64,000 nucleotides of DNA, from the NCBI GenBank assembly GCA_951406725.2, contig OX597830.1, positions 65,472,001-65,536,000 on the forward strand, in the 5' to 3' direction. The notes under the pieces were generated by a model. It searched no databases. It worked only from the letters and a program-made list of their open reading frames with translations, and was not told the origin of the DNA. The position numbers and the translations under genes were made by a program. This document shows, piece after piece, positions 50,231-61,889 of the stretch. The first letter of the stretch is position 1, and each line of letters opens with the position of its first letter. Source of the stretch: Octopus vulgaris. Its lineage: Eukaryota.

Positions 50231-51057
50231 GATCTATTGATATAAATGAAACTGAGTGATGTCAACTTTGCCACACATCCTTTTAGGGTTGACAAAGAAC
50301 CTATCCTATACTGGGAGGAATTCTTCTCTTTCATACACACTTTCTTTCTGTCCGTTTGCCTATCTGTTTCTCTGACTGGTTCTTGAAGAAATCAGTCGTA
50401 GTCAGATCGAGATAGTGGTAGGCTCTGATGGCTTTGAAAAATTTCTGGTTTGGTTGTTGATCCACTACATAGAGTCTCAAGTAATGGCTCTTGTCTGGGT
50501 ATGTTATGTGAGATGGTATGTGACTGTCTGAGCATGATGTATAGTACACAGTGTGGCTGTCTGGGTCTGTATATAAGATGAATCGTGGCAATTTGGACAT
50601 ATTATGTAATACACAGTAAATGAATAAGGGCAATGTCCTATTTTGACACCTGTTTTGTCTGTTTTAATATTACCAAAAATTTCAGTAGTTCAGCAGTAAT
50701 TTCAGAATGACAACATACAGAGTTACTAATTATAGTTCTCAATTGCCAGCTCAACAGAACAATATGTAACTTTATACTCTTTGTCATGCTACATCAAACA
50801 CTTATTGAATTTCCTATTTTGGGCTTCAAAAAAAAAAAATAATCATACCAACCTTGATCAAATGAATAACAAAACCACGAAAATTCATTCATTTTTAATG
50901 ACTGATTACAGAGATTAGTATCTGACTGGGATTAGATTACTGACCTGTAAGCTCAAATTCTATGTCTTGCATTACTTTCTAGGTGTTAGGCCAGTGACAT
51001 CATTGTTTCGTTTGTATCAGTATGTATTAAATATATATATCAGTTATCATATATCTT

Positions 51058-51623
51058 CTACTCGTTTTGGTCACTGGACTGTGGCCATGCTGGGGCACTA
51101 CCATGAAGGTTTTAGTCAAAGAAATCAGCCCTAGTACTTACTATATAAATTTGGTATTTATTTTATTGGACTCTTTTTCCAAACTGCTAATTTCAGAGGT
51201 GTAAACAAACCAACAAGTGGTGAGGGGAACCTCAACCACATGGTTCCAGGTTCAGTCCCACTGCATGGCACCTTGGGCAAGTGTTTTTTACTATAGGCTT
51301 GGTCTGACAAAAGCCTTGTGAGTGGATTTTGTAGATGGATACTGAAAGAAACCCATCCATGCCAACATAGACAACCGATGTTAAATGATGATGATGATGA
51401 CATATAATATGTGTGTGTGTCTTTCTGTCTGTGTTTGTCCCACCACCACTTGACAACCAGTGTTGGTGTGTTTTCATCCCTGTAACTTAGCAGTTCAGCA
51501 AAAGTGACTGATAGAATATGTACCAGGCTTAAAAAGAAAGTATTAGGGTTGATTCATTCGACTAAAACCCTTTAAGTCAGTGCTCCAGCGTGGTTGCAGT
51601 CTAATGGCTGAAACAAGTAAAAG

Positions 51624-51658
<35 letters not shown>

Positions 51659-51820
51659 ACTGGTTTCCACTTATTTTTCATTCATCAGATTCACTCACTA
51701 GTCATTAGTCAGTCTGGGGCTATAGTAGAAGTCACTTGTCCAAGGTGTTGTGTGGTGGGACTGAACCTCAAACTATGTAATTACAAAATGAGCTTCTTAA
51801 CCACGCAGCCATGCCTGCTA
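51058..51820. mobile_element. Three SINE A pieces in alternating orientation
   Basis: Minus 51058-51230, plus 51232-51625, minus 51655-51820. Confidence 0.75.
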
Positions 51821-52128
51821 AGCCCCATGTTGTTGTTACAGTAATTTAACCCTACTTAATTAGTCCTGACGAAACGAATGTATAACCTAGAAGATCTTGT
51901 GCTCTAATTTTGTATTCTGACACAGTGTTGCTAATAAGGTGGCCAATTAGTAGAGTTATTAGTGCATCAGATAAATTGCTTTGTGGTAATTCTTCTGACT
52001 CTCTACATTCTGAGTTAAAATTTTATCAAGGTCATCTTTGTTACTCATCCATTAAGAGTTGATAGACAAAGCACCAGTTATATACTGGGGTAAATTCTCC
52101 TCTTTCATACACTCTTTCTTTCAGTCTA

Positions 52129-52159
<31 letters not shown>

Positions 52160-52597
52160 TTATGGAAGAAATTAGTGGTGGCCAGATCTGGAGATGGGTA
52201 GGTTCTGCTAGCTCTAAAAAGTGCTCAAGGCACACATTAAAACATGACAACACCTTTTCAACTCTCATCAAGCAGATGAGGTCCCAAGGTAAGCAATAGT
52301 GTATCTAGGACTACATTAACCATACAGACTGGGTTGACCAAAACTTCAAGAATGGAATTTAGTTGAAGGAAACTATGCAGAAGCCCCTTGCATGTATAAT
52401 CAATAACCCATACTTAGTTTCAGGGTCCAATACCAAAAATAAATAAATAAATAAAATTCATGATACATGAGAATATATTCTTCTTTTCTTAAATTGGTGG
52501 ACTGTAATTTGAGGAACATTGGGCTGCAATTTTTAGCAACTCAAGTGACAATATAAAGGATCCCTTGTAAAGGCTCAACACATAACACTAGATTTAA

Positions 52598-52726
52598 CCT
52601 TTAGCATGCTTAGGCGCATCATGGTACTGCATGAGTTTTCTCCCCTGTAACTGCAGGTGCATTGTGTCACACTGAGAGGAGAGAAAACTCATACAGTGAC
52701 ATGATGTGTCTACAGCATCCTAAAGG
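52598..52726. mobile_element. 129-bp piggyBac-like MITE
   Basis: TTAA on both sides, CCTTTAG...CTAAAGG ends, ~50-bp imperfect inverted arms. Confidence 0.85.
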
Positions 52727-52732
52727 TTAAAG

Positions 52733-53123
52733 TAGGCATTGGCAACCTTTTTAAAAAAGTGGTTCCATGTGAGACATTACTCAACATTAGACAGACCATA
52801 CCACTAGAAAAATTGAAGATAACTTTAATAAAGGTTATTTTCCTCATGCAGTGTTTAAAAACTAGTTTTACCTAAACTACTTTCAAAGTTCCTATTTTGT
52901 TTTTCACACATTAACTTGTTTTGGTTGAACTATATAAAACATTAGGGAAATAAACCTCGCTGTTTCTTGTAATACATACAAATTCATACATCTAAAGCAA
53001 AGTTTTTCAGGAGCCCTTAAAATACGATCGTGGATCCCCAATTTACTGTTCTGTTGCATGGGCCCAACCAAAAATCTTGTATGGACACTCAGGAGCCATA
53101 AGGACCCAGGTTGAGTACCACTG
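52733..53123. mobile_element. Degenerate hAT-like MITE
   Basis: Left end taggcattggcaacctttt; right end caggttgagtaccactg followed by atctaaag. Confidence 0.5.
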
Positions 53124-53192
53124 ATCTAAAGTGTACTTTCTTTATTGACAATAATAGGGTGTGATTTAAGGTGGGTTTGGCTTTGACTACTT

Positions 53193-53515
53193 TTTTTTTT
53201 CTTTTTTGTTTTCGCCCCTTTTCAAGCCTAGCCAGGCTCATAGGCCCAGTTTCCTGGTTTCTGTGGCATATGTATTCTCCCCAGCTGGACAGGACGCCAG
53301 TCCATTGCAGTGTTACTCAAAAAACAGGAAGAGAGAGTGAGAGAAAGTTGTGGCGAAAGAGTATAACAGGGGTCACCACCACCCCCTGCCAGAGCCTCAT
53401 GGAGCTTTTAGGTGTTATCGGTTAATAAACACACATAATGCTAGGTCTGGGAATCGAAACTGCGATCCTCCGACCGTGAGTCTGCTGCCCTAACCACTGG
53501 GCCATTGCGCCTCCA
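53193..53515 (-). mobile_element. tRNA-headed SINE, body D with tail type 2
   Basis: 12-bp TSD ctttgactactt (53181-53192, 53516-53527); tail shared with 17876-18150. Confidence 0.9.
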
Positions 53516-53813
53516 CTTTGACTACTTCTAGCAGTTAAAATAACTATGTAAGACAGCAACACTTTCAAGCCAACAACATGGTCCAGCAACATGGATTAGT
53601 AATGTAATTCTGGATTATGATTTTCATGATATGAACTCCATCGTTAGTAGAATGGAAAAGGACAACAAAAAAACAAAGAAAGAAAGCCTCATTTTTTTTT
53701 TATATTTCTAGATTGCTTTGTAATTTTGGCGATCATTAGAGAAAATACAACTTAGTGGGCCAAAAATTGCAAGCCAGATTGTGATGGTAGGATTTTGTTC
53801 ATCATTATGGAAA

Positions 53814-53859
<46 letters not shown>

Positions 53860-53946
53860 CATATATATATATATATTTAACTATTAGAAACTAGAAGACA
53901 AAGGAATTCAGTTTACATCACTGCAATTTGTGTTGCCTGGAGACAG

Positions 53947-53986
<40 letters not shown>

Positions 53987-53996
53987 ATGATGATGA

Positions 53997-54035
<39 letters not shown>

Positions 54036-54231
54036 CATACATATATATATAAATATATTATTGATTTATCTTCTGGAGTGTTGTTTGTCAGGTCAGATTG
54101 GCCTTGAGACAATAAGTTGAATTCAGATGTAACTTATTTTATAGCATTATTCTTATTCTTATTATAGTTATCATCATCATCATCATCATCATCGTTATTA
54201 TGAAGTCATGACTTTTTTTTTTTATAATTGG

Positions 54232-54447
54232 CTGCTTTCATTGCACAACTGAGTGCAGTTCTGTTGGCCTTCTGTGCAATGTTATATTTCGGCTTTGTAT
54301 ATTCTGTTATATCGATAATACTCTATGTAATATGTATGCAGTTCTTAGTAAGTGCTATTTTCTGTATGTTGTACATATTTGTAAGTCCTGCCGTTCAGTG
54401 GGGTTATTTGTTTATGTTTGTTTTCTTAATCATTGCTTTGTTTATTA

Positions 54448-54490
<43 letters not shown>

Positions 54491-54954
54491 GATTCAGTAG
54501 TCTTAGTTTTATCATGTGCTTTCACTTCACTATTGAGCGCAGCTCTGTGTGCCTTGGGTATGTGCTGTGGTTTGCTGTGATGCTCTCATGGTTACTGTAT
54601 TGAAAGTGTTTTGCATAGGATGTGTGTAGTGCCCAGTTGTACAATTTAATGTATGTTATATATATTTATGAGTCCTGATGTTTTTGTTATGTATTTGTCT
54701 GAATATTTTTTTATCAAACCTAATGTGCCTACTATGATAGGAATTGTTTCTGTTTTTAGATTCCATATTTGAGTTACCTCTATTTCTAGGTCTTTGTATT
54801 TTGAAAGTTTCTCCATTTCTTTTAGAGACACGTTGTCATCTGCTGGTATTGATACATCAATTAGAAAGCATTTTTTTCTTCATGATCTCTGACAACTATA
54901 TATGGCCTATTAGCCTTAATTTCTCTATCTGTGTGTATTGGCATTATTATTATT
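54232..54954 (-). mobile_element. Two tandem R4/Dong-like 3' fragments (54232-54420 old; 54493-54943 with the restriction-like endonuclease domain) in (TTA)n
   Basis: PIHTDREIKANRPYIVVRDHEEK/CFLIDVSIPADDNVSLKEMEKLSKYKDLEIEV...IPIIVGTLG is the PD-(D/E)xK RLE motif; the 3' UTR matches 29971-30178. Confidence 0.9.
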
Positions 54955-55316
54955 TTCATATGCACTCAACAGATTAGATTGTTAGAAAAGAAAAAAAATT
55001 CTAACATCGGACTACAACAAGTAAACTTAGATGCCAAGAACCCTCTTAAGTATCCTAGCTGTCCCTAATAACATATAATACACTCAACAGATTAGACTTT
55101 TGGAAGATAAAACACACTTGCTAAACATGCTGTAAACAGGGATTGAATCTGAAAACTACTTTGTTGAAAATCAGATTTTATCAATTTCTTGCATCTGTTA
55201 CTCTCTTCTTCCACAGATACTACTACTACTACTACTACTACAGCCAACTAAAGCCTTGTGAGTGGATTTGGTAGAGAGAAACTGAAAGAAGCTAGTTGCA
55301 TGTGTGTAGATAGATT

Positions 55317-55347
<31 letters not shown>

Positions 55348-55682
55348 TTACATACATAAGTACCTACATGCATGCATACTTACATGTGTGTGTTTGTGTT
55401 TCCTTGTCTTGACATCATTTGATAGTTATGAGTGTTTCTGTCATTTAAGCCGTGTCATTCATTTCTAATATTCAGTGAAAATATGTCAGGTTATGGAAAA
55501 ATATTACCTTGTTTAGAAATAGGTGAGATTTGGTGAATTGAAGGGCATCTAGCCATAAAAAAAAACCCTACCTCAATAAACTTTGTCCAACTCATACAAA
55601 CATGGACAAGTAGATATTAAAACGATTGTGATGACAACTCAGTGCTTATTCTATAATTATGCTTTTTCATCTTTTTCTGTAG

Positions 55683-55875
55683 GAATCAGACACATCAACC
55701 AATGGATGAGGCTGAACACACCATCAAACTGCCATGGAAGAATGAGGATTCATATAATAATAATTTCGATCTGAACCAAGATGTCACACCAGGCGAATAT
55801 GTGGTACAGACATTATTCCTGGAGTTCTGTTCAGTTACAGACAGGAAGATCGAACAAGTCTTGGCAGAACCTCTG
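55683..55875 (+). CDS. fry: Coding exon of furry (FRY/FRYL) N-terminus; possible start ATG at 55702
   Basis: Polypyrimidine acceptor ttttcatctttttctgtAG (AG at 55681-55682) and donor CTG|GTAAAG at 55876. Translation NQTHQPMDEAEHTIKLPWKNEDSYNNNFDLNQDVTPGEYVVQTLFLEFCSVTDRKIEQVLAEPL matches the conserved FRY/FRYL N-terminal motif (DPDVKPGEYVIKSLFAEF...AEKKIEVVMAEPL). The exon ends in phase 0. Confidence 0.93.
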
Positions 55876-56419
55876 GTAAAGTTAACCCTTTTGTGTTCAG
55901 ATTAATTTGTCAAATGTAATGCTTATCTGTTCACATTAATTTTGATTTATTCAGGTTCAAGTGGGGTATCCACAATATTTGCTTGTAACTTTGTTAATTT
56001 TCTACATACAGATTTGAAACTTTGTAAATGGGTACTTATATGCCAGTGGTTTATAATTACACAATTTTAGCTGATCTTTCTGACTAAATTTGACTTTTAT
56101 GGGCAGGTAAATTTAATTAACAGGTGTAAAAACAATAACATTATGAATAAACACTAAAATTCATATTCTTAATACATCTTACCCATTTGGTTTGCTGCTA
56201 AAATTATCCCAGATGACCTTAATTTCTTTCCTTTTTTTTCTTTTTGTACTTCAACCCATTTCGTTACCAACCCACTTGAGATTTCCCCTTATTTTTCATA
56301 TACAAAGATCACTCATTTTAAAATTGAATCACTCTTGGTTCTTGTGGTACAAACTTGTTGTTTTTAATGTGATCTAAATTATAAACCTCCCATCAAAATT
56401 TTCTGTTAGGTTACCTTTT

Positions 56420-57720
56420 GGAGAAAGTCTGTCAAAAGTGAAATTCTGACGTATCAAATAGTTGCAGGACTAGTTACGTTTAATAAAAAATAACATGTTT
56501 ACCTAAGTTTTAACATTATCTCCTTCAAAATAGTCACCTTGCACAGCAATACACCAGTTTCAGTGTCCCTGCCACTTTTAGAATCTGGTCTGGGAATCTT
56601 CTTTTGTGAGTGAGTCAAGGACCTTCTGCAATTTGCTCTTGAACCTTTGAGCTGCATTTCCATCTTGGGGAAGAGATGGAAATCCTAATCTAATATCCCT
56701 TCAGTCGAAGTCGACTCTCGGTTACTCGATGGATCAGTGTTCTCCAGCCAGTTCTATCCTGGGTCGCTTCTTTCAGATTGGCTATGTCCATTCCTGTGTC
56801 ACTCTTGATGGTGTCAAGCCAGTGGGTTCTTGGTCGGCCTCTTCCTCTCTTGCCACTGACCATTTTGAGCATGATGTCCTTCTCCAGGGATTTTCTACGC
56901 ATAATATGACCAAAATATGCCAATCTATGCTTGGTGATCCTAGCTTCTAGCAACAGTTTTGGCTTGATCTGGTTAAGAACTTCTCCAATGGTGAGCCTCA
57001 CTGTCCATGGAATCCGTAAAAGTCTTCTCCAACACCAAAGCTCGAATGCATTAATTCTCTTCTAGTCAGCTTTCTTTAGTGTCCAGGTCTTGCATCCATA
57101 TGTTGCTATTGGGAAGACGATTGCATCCACAGGTGATAAATCTGATGAATAGGGTGGGCATGGAAGTGGTACCATGTTGTTTTTGGTGAGAAACTCAGGA
57201 GTAAGGAGAGCTTGGTGATACGGTGCATCGTCATCATGAAGAATCCAGTTCTTCATCCTCCACAGATCCCGTTGCTTTTGCCAAATATCCTCCTTCAAAC
57301 CCCTCAAAACATTGCCGTAGAACTATCGATTGATGGTCTGGCCATGGGGGATGAATTCTCAATGCACAATATCACATTTTTGGGGCTAATGCTCATGGCT
57401 GGTTTTCCAGATCATTTATCCCAAGGATGTTCTTCGACTTTTGAAGCACCCGTGTCACTCGAAACATCATGTTTGATCCATTGTCTCCTAGCTGTAAGCT
57501 TGCTGTGTTGTGGTAGCAGACTTCCCACATTTAACACAAAATTTTGCATTGGCTCTTTATTCCTATTCATGACAAAATCACAAACTACAGCATACAGGTG
57601 ATCACAAAAACACAAATTTCACAACTTGCGAAAAAAACACAGTAATGTTACTTGACACACTGCCTCATGAAGGTCAATGAAAGGCTCTTATTGTGCATAC
57701 AGCCATGTTTAAATAAGGGA
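56420..57720 (-). mobile_element. Decayed, internally deleted mariner
   Basis: RANAKFCVKCGKSAT...; IVH*EFIPHGQTIN; WILHDDDAPYH...PPYSSDLSPVD|DFHLFPKMEMQLKG; CIAVQGDYFEGD. Confidence 0.92.
56686..57124 (-). mobile_element. BovB-like RTE 3' fragment nested in the mariner
   Basis: AIVFPIATYGCKTWTLKKAD*KRINAFELWCWRRLLRIPWT...AYFGHIMRRKSLEKDIMLKMVSGKRGRGRPRTHWLDTI...WRTLIHRVTESRLRL. Confidence 0.92.
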
Positions 57721-58215
57721 ATCTGTTTTATGTCGTGAAGAAAAGTCTATCATTTTGGCTGCTTTTCTTTCTTTGGAAAACAAAAATTAGAGTTCTTACT
57801 GCTACAGGGTACAAAATTGCAATTTGGATGATTTTTGTTGCCTGGTCATAAGACCTCTCTCTCTCTCCCTCTCTGACATGCTGGTGGAAAAAGCTTTTCT
57901 ACCCAAATTCAAGAAAACCTATCCAGGTGTCAGTGTCAGAAATTCAAGATGCACTTTAGCATGTAATGCACGATTGCGAGCTTTAAGAAGGAGTTGTGAG
58001 ATCTGTTTTGACTGGGATCACCAACATGTGGTGAGATAGGGAGTGTATTTTATTAGAAATTTGGTCACGAAAGTGTTAAAACACAAAATGAGGAAGAAAA
58101 CACAAACTACAAACTATTTATATTTTAAATATATTGCAGTAATTACCAGGGAGATGGTAAATTAGTGAAGTCATTAACACTAGATAGAGCGTCTCATGGT
58201 ATTAATTCTGCCTCT

Positions 58216-58662
58216 GTGGCGAGCTGGCTGAAACGTTAGCACGCCGGGTGAAATACGTAGCTGTATTTCGTCTGCCGTTACATTCTGAGTTCAAATTCTA
58301 CCGAGGTCGACTTTGCCTTTCATCCTTTCGGGATCGATAAATTAAGTACCAGTTATATACTGGGGCCGATGTAATCAACTTAATTCTTTTGTCTGTCCTT
58401 GTTTGTCCCCTCTGTGTTTAGCCGCTTGTGGGCAATTAAGAAATAAGAAATGTTAGCAAGCCTGGCGAAATGCTTAGCAGTATTTCGTCTGTCTTTCCAT
58501 TCTGAGTTCAAATTCCACCGAAGTTGACTTTGCCTTTCATCCTTTCGGGGTCGACAAATTAAGTACCAGTTATATACTGGGGCCGATGTAATCGACTTAA
58601 TCCGTTTGTCTGTCCTTGTTTGTCCCCTCTGTGTTTCGCCCCTTGTGGGTAGTAAAGAAATA
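58216..58662 (+). mobile_element. Head-to-tail SINE B dimer
   Basis: Single 18-bp TSD ggtattaattctgcctct (58198-58215, 58663-58680). Confidence 0.92.
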
Positions 58663-58919
58663 GGTATTAATTCTGCCTCTCTGAGCTTCGAGGTCAGTTT
58701 GCCCTTTATCCTTATCATTGTTGATAAAAAAACAAAAAGAAATGTTATCAATCCAGAGTGATTGATTGATAGAACTGTTATTAAAGTTTTAGCCTAGATA
58801 TCTTGTGCAATCTATTCCAGCTTTATGCGTTCTGGCAGCAATATGTGTAATGAAGCTGGTGCCAAGCTGCATCAGCTCAAGTCAGCAGTTTTTCTTTTGG
58901 ATAAACATTGATGACATAC

Positions 58920-59525
58920 GGATTAGAAATGCTAAGCAGTGATGTATACAAATATAAAATTGTTATTAGTTCAAATATGTTTGAGACAAATTCAAGCCTG
59001 CAAACAAGCTATTTGCTGTTTTTTGTCATGGAGAAAATTTTTTGCTGTAGACCATAAGAAGTGTAATCACACCAAGTAAGTCCAGAGTGCCCTCTACCTA
59101 GATCAGTGATTCCCAAACTTGTTCGGGCTGCTGTCCCCTTAGCACCTAGGCCACATTCCTATTGCCCCGCCCCGCCACTCCGTCCACTACTACAAACATA
59201 GACCACTTCAAAACAACTGTATTTCACAAATAAAACTTAACTTAATTAACCCATTATTTTGTTTTTACATCCATCACCCCCTTTTGGCCATCCCATTATC
59301 ACCCCACTTTTCTTCAACACCGCCACACCATCCAATCTTTCCACCGCCCCCAGGAGGGCAGTACTGTCCAGTGATGTAGATTGATGGATGCATTTTGTCT
59401 ACAGTGAGAATCTTTCTCCAGGACAAAACAAACGGCTTTCTTACAGGTTTGAGTATCTCAAACATAAGTAAACTGGTAACAAGTTTATATTTGTATGCAT
59501 CACTGTTTCGCCCTTCTAATTCATA
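58920..59525. mobile_element. Fold-back element family H with a truncated hAT MITE (59104-59372) in its centre
   Basis: Arms 58920-59055 and 59395-59525 are inverted relative to each other and homologous to 5179-5582. Confidence 0.7.
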
Positions 59526-59643
59526 TTTTATTATGGCCAGGCTGCTGATTAGCACAACCAGTCACAGTACTGTGACTAGAACATAATAAGAGAGACCTGA
59601 TCTTTCATTGTCATTTCAAAGCACCTCTCTTTCCCCTATTCAA

Positions 59644-59685
59644 TGCTGAAGAGGATAGAACAGCTTTGAAATGCATGCATCCAAC
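59644..59685 (+). ncRNA. Minimal hammerhead-like motif with intact core nucleotides
   Basis: tg-CTGAAGA-gga(N9)ttt-GAAA-tgcatgca-TC-ca; stems I and II are weak. Confidence 0.45.
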
Positions 59686-59775
59686 AATCTGGATGATGGA
59701 CACTTTGGACTGACTTGGTGTGTTCACATCCTTTTTTTTTTTTCTGTCTACAGTCACTTACCACACTTATGCCTG

Positions 59776-60168
59776 TAGTAGCTTGCTTACGAACCACATG
59801 GTTCCGAGTTCAGTCCCACTGTGTGGCACCTTGGGCAAGTGTCTTCTACTATAGCCTCAGGCCAACCAAAGCCTTGTGAGTGGATTTGGTAGACGGAAAC
59901 TGAAAGAAGCCCATCGTATGTATGTATGTATATATATATGTATGTGTGTGTATATGTTTGTGTGTCTGTGTTTGTCCCCCCAACATCGCTTGACAACCAA
60001 TGCTGGTGTGTTTATGTCCCCATAACTTAGTGGTTCGGCAAAAGAGACTGATAGAATAAGTACTAGGCTTACAAAGAATAAGTCCTGGGGTCAATTTGCT
60101 GGACCAAAGGTGGTGCTCCAGCATGGCCACAGTCACATGACTGAAACAAATAAAAGAGTAAAAAGAGA
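59776..60168 (+). mobile_element. SINE A
   Basis: Match to 46058-46470. Confidence 0.9.
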
Positions 60169-60526
60169 GATTGAGAACTTTTCTCAATGATAAAATGCTG
60201 TGAATGATATTCTTGCAGGCTTGAGTATGTCTCAGGCACCTTTGAACTTGTAATTGGTGACATAAAGAAAGATTTGCATGCATGGAGAACTGCTAATCTT
60301 TCTTCAAAAATCATGCCAGCCATGCACATACATGTGAAGATACATGGACAACACTGATTGAAGGAAGCTCTCTACTATACTAATTTTTGGAAATCATCAT
60401 TATTATCATGTTCCAAGTTCAAATCCGACGAAGGTCAACTTTGTCTTTCATCCTTTCGGGGTCCATGGAATTAGTACCAGTTAGATATAATCAGCTAATC
60501 CCTTCCCCAAATTTTAAGCTTTGTAA

Positions 60527-60937
60527 GGATCTTTTTGGTTTGAACGGCAGTTTTTTCTAGCAGTGTCATATGAAATTGTCACCCATAATTATGACCCTAG
60601 TATCGATCTATTGCATTTCAATCTGTTTTAGGGTTAGGGATGGGGGAAGGGTAAATTCTTTTCTTCACAAATGTACATAAACCCAATCTGTTTCTTAAAT
60701 GAGGGACATATTCATACAGCACAGAATGTCTTTTACCTCAATAGACGTCAGTGATTGGTTGAAATTTGCAGAAATTGAAGAAAAAAAACAACAAATATCT
60801 TACAAACTATAGAATTTTCTCAATAAAGCCAAGAGAAAAAGATGTTTTATAAACACATTCTACCAGTATACAAAGTTTAAAATTTCTTAGTTACCTAGAA
60901 ATTATGTTTAAATCTGCCATTCAAACCGAAAAGATCC
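60527..60937. mobile_element. MITE with GG termini (Merlin-like), inserted in the tail of an old SINE B
   Basis: TIRs ggatctttttggtttgaacggcag / ctgccattcaaaccgaaaagatcc; flanks ctttgtaa / ctttgttg (6/8 match); internal ttagggttaggg. Confidence 0.75.
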
Positions 60938-61479
60938 CTTTGTTGTTATATTAGGAAGATTATTATTGTGATTCAGAAGGTAGTGGTTCAGTTAACAAGT
61001 TACATGCTTTTATGATGAGCCATTTGTATCAAATTCTGAATATCATCTTCTTTGACAAAATCAGAAACGAAGAGATCCTACAGCCTTGTATGAAAATTAA
61101 CTAAGAGTTATTAATATGATTAAATATTTGTTGTGCAAGATTTTTTATTGGCTAAACTGGCAATATGACCATTCCGAAATATAACAATATTAATGTGATG
61201 TTTGAAACATAAATTAGCATGGAAGTTAATGACAAGTTTTTATTTAGATCACTTAAAAACAAGACATTTATATCACAGGAGCCGGGGATGGTCTCGTCTC
61301 AGGCAAGGTCACTCTCTCTCCAAATTTGCAACCTTGTGTCTCTGTTGGAACCTATTATTATTATTATAGGACACCAGATGACGCAGTCTGCTGAGTGTCA
61401 AACAAAATAAATAATTTATTATTTTGTTTACTTCCCCTGAATGTTTTGAATTTCAAATTTCTTCCTTCATCTCTTTGCC

Positions 61480-61855
61480 TTTGTTTACTTTTGTTTTGTT
61501 TTTTCTGCTTCCTATTTTGTTTCTTTCTGCCCTCCTACCACCTCCACTCTCTCCCTTGTTTTTTCTCTCTGTCTCTCACTTATTTATCTCTTGCTTTTCT
61601 TTCTGCTTCTCTCTCTTTCTGTCTTTTTTACCCTTCTCTTCTTGTCTTTCACCCTCTTTCTTTTTCGTTTCTTTCTCTTTATTTCTGTCTTGTCTTTTAT
61701 CTGCCCCCTTCTTTCTTGTTTCTCTCTCTCTCTCTTTTTCTTCTATTCTCTCTCCCCCTTCTGCTTCTCTCTCCTCCTTCTACTTCTCTCTCTCTTTCAC
61801 TTGTCTTTTATTCTTTTGATTTCTTTTTTTTTTCTGCTCCCCTCTCTCTTCTGCC

Positions 61856-61889
<34 letters not shown>

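Noticed and set aside
60628-60639. TTAGGG telomeric repeat
   Set aside because: Only two units, internal to a MITE
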